This document shows positions 54,007-64,000 of a stretch of 64,000 nucleotides of DNA, one piece after another. Position 1 is the stretch's first letter; every line of letters begins with the position of its first letter. Both the position numbers and the translations under genes were made by a program. Source of the stretch: Bugula neritina. Lineage: Eukaryota; Animalia; Bryozoa. Below the pieces are notes generated by a model. That model was not told the origin of the DNA and did no database searches. It was given only the letters and a program-made list of their open reading frames with translations. The stretch lies in assembly GCA_964035545.1 (NCBI GenBank), contig OZ037767.1:2801680-2865679 (forward strand), given 5' to 3'.

Positions 54007-55403
54007 CTAACATGTACACCATCTAAAACAATAAGCTACATTAGCAATATATGTTGTGAAAAAATGCATTTTTATTGCAGAAGTCTCTCTTCTAGTTCAA
54101 GGTCAAATTTTTGGCTCTGTTTTCCTACAAAAACTCAATTGTGGAAATACCCAGATTCATATAGCAAAGCTAAGTTAACTCTAGATTCAACCAGCTACAA
54201 ATTCTAAGGAAAGGGGTCATCATTTCCATTCAATAAGTCAATAAATTTGGGAAAATCAACTTAAGTGGTTGCCTTTGGTTGTTGCCGATATATTTTAAGC
54301 TTGGCAAGAGCATTTTATTTTAAATTAATAAAGAACTTATTTAATGTAAATTGGTTTACACAGCAGAAATTTTAGAAACATATTTTACAGCTTCAACTAA
54401 ATTCATTCAAAATTGCTAAACAATAAATTATCAATTACAACACAGAAAGCTAATGAATGTAGGTATGCTTTGCCGTTTACTTTCCGCTTGTTTCATATAA
54501 ATATTTATTACTTACATTTAATAAAATGTTCAGTATGGACATTTTCTACAACTTGCTTTTCATCAGTCAAAAACAAATAATTTCATAAGAAATCTCAACA
54601 AACCCACATACAAAGCATTCCTGAAATTGTTTTCATTCAACAGCAAAAATGACGCTTGCAGTAGCTGTAGTGATTATAATCCACATTCAACCTATGCAGA
54701 CATTTACGAGTTCTGAGCATCAATGGTTGATATTTCATCATTTATCAAGTTCTCTTTTGATGAGATTTAAATTAATAAATTGCATAATTTTAACATACAA
54801 GAGCCTCCATGTTGTTTGTTTGAGTATCTTTAACCCAGAACATGGCTGGTTCATGAATTAGTGTTTCGACAAAACAAAAAATGTGGATATTTAAGAAAAT
54901 AAAACCATTTTGAAAATTGTTTGGCTGCATTTCACGGGACTAAATGGTTTTAGTTATAAGGTATTCCTCCCTCGTTACTAAACTGATATTAGTTAGCATA
55001 AACTTGGCAGAAACAGTTTAGTGAACAGTCTATATATTTAATCTAGAAAAGAACAAAAAATTTCATAATATATATAAAAACACAACCAAACCAGTGTAGC
55101 AATGTAAAACAGCATCTCTACATACAAAAATAGTTGGCACCAAGAATTACAGACTTTAGAAAGATATGTAATAAATGTACATCCATAAACATGAATAACA
55201 ATTTCCTATGAGATCGAAATATATTTTTGATGTGCTTAAAAGTAAAAATCAGAGTAGAAAATGAAATAACATAAAACTTGTATTAGAGATGAGGATGGTG
55301 AATGGGTAAGAGGATAGAAGGAGTGTAACGAACCCCCTAAATATAAAGGGGTGACAATTAACTATAGGAGGTATGGGATAGTTGTTGAGGTACGTCACGG
55401 TGT

Positions 55404-58400
55404 CTAAGTAGTTGTATCACATATAGTCGACAGCCATCTTTGAATGTTCTCTACAGTCTCACCTTTTCTCTCGGCATAATCCATCAACTGAAATCAGTAG
55501 AAAAGCAGTTTATTATGTCAGGAGGCTCCCCTAAAGTGCATTCTTGGTTTTGTTATATCAGGTTTCAACTTTAACAAACAAATTACAACTCACAAATAAC
55601 CGCCAAGTTATCCCGGATACATCTCGACTTTCCGGCAGTTAAAATAACACTTATTTATTGGCAGATTCAGAGTTTATGAAATGTTCACATAAATATGTGT
55701 AGCCAAAAGTAAACAAACGCAGGTAAGCCTAGCATTACCTGCCTAAAAGCTCGGACTAGGACTGTGCTGTGCATATCATTGTGATTGCGTAGTTTATTTA
55801 AGAGTTATCAGAGAGGAGACGACAACTATAACCTTAAAGCAAGGCTGACTAGTTATATTATTGCTGCATGAGAAAACCTTACAACTACCCAATAAACACA
55901 TTTTCGGAAATGTTGGACCCAAGTTTCATAATAAATTTATGTCTTCAACAATTTCACTGTTTGAGCTCACCTGCTGCCTACATTGTGTTTATCATTCGGC
56001 AGCATCAGATTAACAACATGTTAGTCACAAAGGAGGTTTGAAAGTTTAAAACACAGACTATAGGTACTAGTGAATGAGAAAACATAATTATGATAAAGAT
56101 ACCCTGCCAAAGACACTAGAAGTCAAAGTGACTGTCCAATAAGATATTAAAACAACTCTTTTCCGACCTACAGTACAAAGGGGCCAGTAACATGGGGTGA
56201 TATTGCTTTAATAAGAAATGAGCTAGCTCCAACAGGTGGTGAAACATTTAACCCTATTTATAGAAGCAATTTAATATATATCTTATATATTATATCTTAT
56301 TTATTATTACATAATATTTCCGAACCATCCCCACCTGAAGTGCTACTATCAGGTTATCAAAAACTAATGAATTTAATTACAGACATGACTATATGCACCA
56401 GGTGCACTATAAAACTGATGTACAGTAGATGGACATACAATACCAAAGCTGTATTTGAGATACAGTCCAAAATATTTCTGCAAAGTTTAATACTAAATAA
56501 ATGTAATAAAGTGAATTCAGCCTCTAACATTCAGCATTCACATCAGAATTACCATCTCTAATGGTCATAATGCATATACTGTACCATCTCTAATGGTCAT
56601 AATGCATGTACCATACCATCTCTAATGGTGATAATGCATATACCATACCATCTCTAATGGTGATAATGCATATACCATACCATCTCTAATGGTGATAATG
56701 CATATACCATACCATCTCTAATGGTGATAATGCATATACCATACCATCTCTAATGGTGATAATTCATATACCATACCATCTCTAATGGTGATAATGCATA
56801 TACCATACCATCTCTAATGGTGATAATGCATATACCATACCATCTCTAATGGTGATAATGCATATACCATACCATCTCTAATGGTGATAATGCATATACC
56901 ATACCATCTCTAATGGTGATAATGCATATACCATACCATCTCTAATGGTGATAATGCATATACCATACCATCTCTAATGGTGATAATGCATATACCATAC
57001 CATCTCTAATGGTGATAATGCATATACCATACCATCTCTAATGGTCATAATGCATATACCATACCATCTCTAATGGTGATAATGCATATATCGTACCATC
57101 TCTAATGGTCATAATGCATATGTCGTGTCATTTCTAGTAATGATGATACACACATCACTTATAAAGTAGAAAAACCAACTGATGAAAAGGTAAGAAACGT
57201 TGTTACAACAGCACTTGCTACATTGGATACTAAGCGCCATGTTGTGAGCACAACTCCTAGTTAGATACTGAGCAATATGGCGTGAAAACAACTCCAATAT
57301 TAAATACTGAGTGATACGTTGTGAGCACAACTTCGGATTACCCTACACACGGCTACCCACCTGCTCATTGTTGATCTTGCCAACAGAGAAATAGTAAGAC
57401 TTGGGGTGAGCAAAGTAGATGCCGGACACAGCTGCAGCGGGCTGCATTGCTAGAGACTCGCTCAGCGTTATGCCGATATCATCAGGGGAGAGCAACTTCC
57501 ATATTGTAAGTTTCTCGGTGTGATCCGGCTGAGACGGGTAACCAGGAGCTGGTCTAATGCCCTAAAGAAGAACATTGAGAGTTAAGTAGTGTGACTTGAG
57601 ACTATACATCGGCTACACGGCGTCATTAGACGCTGGTGTGAAGACACATGTGCTGAGGCTGTACAAACATGTCTCGTATCAAGTCTACCGCCCACCTGGT
57701 ATTTTATTTTGTGGGTGTCAGAAGGTGCCATCTCCTCAGTCTTGTCATATCCCCAGAACTCTGTCCGTACCTGTACGTGGAGCAGCTCTGCATACGCCTA
57801 CAAGCATGTAGTAAGTAGTGTACTTACACTGCATATGTTGTATATATAATACAACTTACTTCCACTGTATTTATAACATAACCTACTTCTACTGTACATA
57901 TAACATAACTTACTTCCACTGTATATATAATACAACTTACTTCCACTGTATATATAATATAACTTACTTCTACTGTATATATAATATAACTTACTTCCAC
58001 TGTATATATAATATAACTTACTTCCACTGTATATATAATATAACTTACTTCTACTGTATATATAATATAACTTACTTCCACTGTATATATAATATAACCC
58101 ACATCTACTGTATATAATACAACTTACTTCCACTGTATATATAATACAACTTACTTCCCCTGTATATAATAACACTCACCTCGGCCAGTCTGTCAGCCAG
58201 AGCCTTCACCATGATACTAGAGTAGTCGTCATTCTCCAACTCATACGACTTACACATAGCCTCAGCTCCCAGAACCCCCACAGCAAACATCCCGATGTAG
58301 TCAACCAGCCCAGACTCTGCGGGAGCCACAAAGTCCGAGATACAAGGAAAGTACTTCTGGTCAGACCTCACCATCTACAGGAACATATAACAGTGTCTAG

Positions 58401-61400
58401 AAAACCACAGAAAGATAGAGATATGCAGAGAAAAAGAGTGGGGTGCAAATAATAAAAAACAAACATAATTGCAAACTGCATATTGTCTCTATGCTTGTCC
58501 CAATTAGGGAAAAGAGTAAAAAACAAGCACATGACAGTGTCTCAAGCACTTAGCTGTGTGTCAAGCACATTTCAGTGTGTCAAGCACATGACAGGGTTTC
58601 AAACACATAGCTGTGTGTCAAGCACATAGCAGGGTTTCAAACACATAGCTGTGTGTCAAGCACATAGCAGGGTGTCAAGCACATAGCTGTGTGTCAAGCA
58701 CATAGCAGGGTGTCAAGCACCTAGCAGTGTGTCAAGCACATAGCTGTGTGTCAAGCACATAGCAGGGTGTCAAGCACCTAGCAGTGTGTCAAGCACATAG
58801 CTGTGTGTCAAGCACATAGCAGTGTGTCAAGCACATAGCAGTGTGTCAAGCACATAGCAGGGTGTTAAGCATATAGCAGTGCGTCACGACAGTGCTCAGA
58901 ACCAATAGTAACTAAAATGACACAACACACCTGCTGTCTCAGACCATACAGTGTCGCCAGGTTGTTTCCCGTCTCATCAAAGACAGCGATGTCATCCCCT
59001 ACAGACTGAGCCTGGTAGAAACCCAGAGAACCAACAACTTTGAACTTGTTGGCTGCTTTTATCTCTTTCAGCAAGCGCTGGGCATCAGAGAAGACGGCTT
59101 TAGCCTCTTCACCTAAGAGAGCACAAAACTGGTTTCATCATTTGTCTAATATGCTGTACTTCCGAGCTGCTACTAAATAGAGTAAAATGTTAACTGAAAA
59201 CAAGCACCGGATGAGTAATCTAACTAACTATCATAATAACCATCAATGTAAACAATTTTATATCATACCATTGCATCTCATAACATATACCTTAACAATG
59301 CATACCGTATCATATACTATATCATATAATATGTCATTACATATCATATCACAAGGAAAGACATGAAGCAAACACCATACAGCAACAAGCTATATAAATT
59401 AAAGAAGCTTTGAAATACACACCAACTGTAGCATCGTTGAATATTTTAGGATACCCTCTGTTGGGGTATTTCCCCCGCAACTGCCACACATCAAAGAACG
59501 GTTTCCAATCAATATACTTGATGACATCGTCTAAACTAACGTCTAAGAAATGTCGGCGACCAATAAAAGTTGGTGTAACTACAATCAATGACATCATTTC
59601 CTACTGAAGAAAGTGATCTTGTAATGCAGAAATTGAATAAATTTGACATGATTTTCATGCATTTTTTTGTTAACGCAGCGTTTATAAGCTGCAAGGTTGT
59701 TGCAAGGTACTAATTTGTTGTGACACCCACCAAGCAGGATTTGTCACTACATGCTGCGACAAATCATAGCTTAGAAACAAATAAATTTAAAGTTAGTGGA
59801 CACAATGTCTTTATGTTATAAAAGAAACAGATGGTCTGATTTATGTAAATTATATATTTTATTGTTATGTATCTACTAGAGGGGTTTGTTATTCTACTAG
59901 ACAAGTGGGAGAGATCCACATCTACTAGAAAGAAACATACCAGTACCAGGGTACTCTGACCAATCAATATGAAACTTCTTGTCACGAGCCTGTCCAAGAG
60001 TCAAGAATTTCCTGTCCTGTGAATACATATTATAAACACAATAGACCTAACACACCAGTTGAGGTTTGTTTTAATCCAGTCTTATGCTCACCTAACATTC
60101 TAATGACTGTGTTTATATATATAAACTTGAATTAACTTAGAATTCAACAATGATCTACACATATACTTACTCTTAAGGTGTCATAGTGGTCTACGCGTAT
60201 GTCTTCATACTCCTCCTTGATATCTTCAGTGTAGTCCTCTCTGTTGCTAGACTGGTCCATCAGAGCAGAGCACTGTAGAGGCCAAATGCATTTATTGATG
60301 ACAAACATAAGACAACTCCATATAAAAACACTACACAATACTGTCAACAACATGTAAGGGTCAAATAATTCAATATATTATTATTAGAATATGAAAATAG
60401 AACACAATAATATATTACATACATTGTTATTACACATTAAATACACATTGATTATAAAATTTCGTAAGTTTTCCAATACTGTGAGAGGTTGAGACAAAAC
60501 AGATACCTAAAGTAAATAAATGAAATCCAGTAAAAATTATATACTAAATAATAATACTAATACTAAAACATTGTATTGAGGTAATCTATTACACATAATA
60601 CAATATAATAAATAATATAACATACAGTATACGGTAAAAATTAGAAGTGCAAAGTTTACATATTCAACATAATACAATCATATGGGAACTTTATTACTTA
60701 CTGTTATTCTTTAGTATATTTGAATAAAACCTGTTGGAAGAACTTCAAAACTTTGCTAACGAAACTACAGATGTGTACACTTACACTCAGAAGCACAGAG
60801 CCAGATTAATTAAAATACAAGTTGTAAGACAAGATTATAAGACTGCAGTGAAAACTTCTAATTTACTTACAACCACTACACTCTTTGAGGCATCTAGCAC
60901 GTGTATCGTAGGAGAGGAATAATGGGGAGCTATTTTCACAGCGGTGTGAGCTTTAGAAGTTGTGGCGCCCCCTATGAGCAGAGGAATCGTCATTCCTTGT
61001 CTCTCCATCTCCTTTGCCACTCTCACCATTTCATCTAGAGATGGAGTGATCAGGCCGGACAGCCCTGCCAAACAATTCAGAGCAGAGAAATAAAATAAAA
61101 CACGTATGCTGACATAGCTGTTTAATTAGTGGCTAAAATTTGTGGTATTTCAGTAAGTTGAACAGGACTGACATGGTTTATTTCACCAGAACAGTACAAT
61201 AACAAAATATCACGTATGCTGGACTTGAAACTAACCAATGATATCCGCGCCCACTTCAACAGCTTTTCTGAGGATAACCTCACAGGGGGTCATAACTCCT
61301 AAATCTATCACCCTGCAAACATATTTATTATTCATATATATTCCATAGTCTACACTCTTCAGCTTACCCAACCTGTAAAATGTTAGCACTACCAGAATAA

Positions 61401-63493
61401 CAGCATGATTAAACAGCAAGAGAGGATTATAAAATACATTAAATTCTCGTTTAGCATAGAAAAATAAATATGAGTATGAATGAGTAGAAAACTCCTGCAA
61501 ATCCTTAACCCTGTGCTAGCAACTCACTTATAGTTGTTACAGCCTAACACCACCGCTACGATATTCTTTCCAATATCATGGACGTCTCCTTTCACCGTGG
61601 CTATGACTATTGTACCGTTGTAAGATCGTTCCTACAAAAGTGATAATAAGTTTTACTGCGTGAATAAATGGCTAAAACACTCTAAACATAAATGACAAAG
61701 AATCAATTACTTTGCAGTGCATGAATGATCCTCAGAACACCACATATTAGATTATACGGCAAGAAGAAACGAGATAATTATCAAGTAATAACTAACAGAA
61801 ACATCCTCATTTGCTGCCTCTTTCTCCGCCTCCATGAAAGGTATGAGGTGTCCGACAGCTTTCTTCATCACTCTGGCAGCCTTAATAACCTGAGGTAGAA
61901 ACATCTTTCCAGCTCCAAACAGTTCTCCCACCGTACTCATACCCTGGAATATACACTCTCTAACTCATACCACTACAGTATTAACTCTCCAACTCATACC
62001 AGTACAGTATTAACTCTCTAACTCATACCACTACAGTATTAACTCTCCAACTCATACCCCTAAAGTATTAACTCTCTAACTCATACCACTACAGTATTAA
62101 CTCTCCAACTCATACCACTACAGTAATAACTCTGTATACTCTGATATATACACTACAGTATTAACTCTACTGTTACGGCCCTAAACACATAACAAGAGCT
62201 ACAACTAGCAGATGACTGAGACTACTTCCACTTGGTACTACAAGCTGTAGTAGTCTTAGTTATAGTTAATTCTAGTAATAACTAAACATGACTCATCACT
62301 TGAAAAAGTTACTCAAATAACCCACGAAACAATTGACAGACAAAATCTCATAAATCTGACCTTCATCAGCGGCAGTTCAATGACATTTAAAGGTCGCGGG
62401 TACTTGTCTTTACATAGCCTGGCTTCTTCGGTATCAGCAACAATGTGGGTATCAATACCCTGTAATATGTAATGTTAGAATCATCTCCCCTGAGCAGCAT
62501 TCTGAGACAAGTCATAAAAACAGCTTGCATTCTAATAATTGTGACATGATAACAATATCCAGAACTAACTGCAATGAGAAAAAAACTCAGGCAAGTTTAC
62601 AATCACTATTCCCTGTGAGAACCCCTGATAGGAAGGGCTTTTCAAACCACAGCTGTTCCACTAACCGCAATGAGAAAGGTTCATACAATATCTACAGCTT
62701 GAATCCCTCCAGCTAAAACTTCACAAAGACAGCTTCTCATACTACAGGAGACTGAATTTAAACATGTGAAAAGCTCCCCATACTGCATTCCTGCTATTAA
62801 TAAGGGCACCCAGCACCCCCTCAACTTTGTACCTTGACTATGGCATAATGTAGCCTGTCTTCCACGCTTTCATTCCTCCATTGTTCAGTCTGTGCAGCCT
62901 CCACCGTATTGGACACTCGGTGACTCTAAGAAACACAGGCTATGGTAGAGTCTCACTAGTTTAGTAAGCTGGTAAAAGAGTACACATGTTCAAGGAATAA
63001 TAACTCCTTATAAACAAGTATATTCTACATAATATACTTGTATACATCACCTCACCTGAGTATACAGCACACTCACCTGAGTATACAGTACACTCACCTG
63101 GGCATACAGTACACCTCACCTGAGTATACAGTACACTCACCTGAGCATACAGTACACCTCACCTGAGTATGCAGTACACTCACCTGAGTATACAGTACAC
63201 TCACCTGAGTATACAGTACACTCACCTGAGTATACAGTACATTCACCTGAGTATACAGTACACTCACCTGGGCATACAGTACACCTCACCTGAGTATACA
63301 GTACTCTCACCTGAGTATACAGTACACTCACCTGAGTATACAGTACACTCACCTGGGCATATTGCAGCAACTTCTCCGTACCATCTGGATCTCTGTTCCA
63401 GAGGAGATTTTCACAGAGTTCAAGGAGCTCAGGGTCAATGTCACTGTAGAGGGGCAGCTGGCCAGCGTGTACGATGCCCATGTCCATCCCCGC
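55404..63493 (-). CDS. MTR: Cobalamin-dependent methionine synthase, 3' half; the gene continues beyond the window
   Basis: [39 protein letters not shown]12-binding [75 protein letters not shown] and [17 protein letters not shown]. About 15 GT-AG exons from 63493-63353 down to the last exon 55487-55404 (TAG). Confidence 0.97.
56550..57120. repeat. 32-bp minisatellite, about 18 copies, in the last MTR intron
   Basis: Unit accatctctaatggtgataatgcatataccat, with an internal inverted pair accat/atggt and the palindrome atgcat. Confidence 0.96.
57820..58179 (-). repeat. 27-bp minisatellite derived from an MTR donor site, about 13 copies
   Basis: Minus-strand unit gtaagttatattatatatacagtggaa. The first copy is the real donor, GAG|gtgagtgttattatatacaggggaa. 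Confidence 0.93.
58523..58882. repeat. 19-bp minisatellite, about 18 copies, in an MTR intron
   Basis: Unit caagcacatagcagtgtgt. Confidence 0.93.
61935..62170 (-). repeat. 29-bp minisatellite overlapping an MTR acceptor junction, about 7 copies
   Basis: Plus-strand unit actcataccactacagtattaactctcca. The terminal copy actcataccctggaatatacactctcta spans the exon start (cag|GGTATGAGT). Confidence 0.88.
63048..63360 (-). repeat. 21-bp minisatellite of an MTR donor junction, about 15 copies
   Basis: Minus-strand unit CAG|GTGAGTGTACTGTATACT. The first copy is the real donor at 63353/63352. Confidence 0.95.
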
Positions 63494-64000
63494 CTGAATT
63501 CAGAAGTTATAGACATTAGGCTATGACAAGATATGGCAAGGAGTGTGTACATCTGTACACAGCCTAGCTTACACTCTGTACCTGTACTTTGGATATAAAT
63601 ACACCTGTTGTGTGTAAGGTAACTAATGTACTATTAATATAAGGGTATTTCTGGGGAATTGTCTGCCCTATTTCATGTGACTTGTGAGTCATAATTGACG
63701 GGAATTGTGAGTCATAATTGAGGGGAATTGTGGGACATATTTTTAGAGAAGTGTAAGATACAGGTAAGGCAAAAACCGTCTATAAAATACAATTTTGTAT
63801 TTAGTCTAATGTCCTAACATTTATCAACTTTCCTTAACCATCAGACAATCGGAACAACCATATAACATTATATCCAATAAGATAACATATAACATAACAT
63901 TATATCCAATAAGATATCAAATAACATAACATTATAACATAACATAACATATAACATGCATTTATATCACTATATTGTTACGTACAGGTAGATATTATAT

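Noticed and set aside
54500-54700. Candidate signal-peptide exon for the NHL gene
   Set aside because: Candidate frames either hit stops or give a poor signal peptide, so the 5' end is left unresolved.

Overview
AT-rich, intron-rich animal (invertebrate) genomic DNA, not prokaryotic. A lophotrochozoan such as a bryozoan is plausible from gene style, but this is unverified. Hand-spliced gene models: a galactose-3-O-sulfotransferase (+, 4233-7880); a complete 25-exon XRN2 (+, 9129-28925); a 2-exon NK2.1 homeobox gene (-, 36384-40649); a small secreted cationic CxxxC/CxC peptide gene whose core exon the ORF track misses (+, 49195-49941); an NHL-type beta-propeller surface protein with a Thr stalk and hydrophobic tail (-, 51218 to at least 54006); and the 3' half of B12-dependent methionine synthase MTR (-, 55404 to at least 63493). 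Most notable: (1) the cryptic defensin/myticin-like peptide gene; (2) many introns of XRN2 and MTR are filled with distinct 19-32 bp minisatellites, several of which copy the adjacent splice junction and so create arrays of decoy donors or acceptors; (3) a 90%-identical orphan copy of part of an MTR exon 10.8 kb from its source; (4) a SINE-derived 27-bp-stem hairpin; (5) a possible micro-exon chain encoding a furin-like Cys repeat. Most short ORFs in the track are repeat artefacts or exon read-throughs. All exon boundaries were read by eye and have no transcript support.
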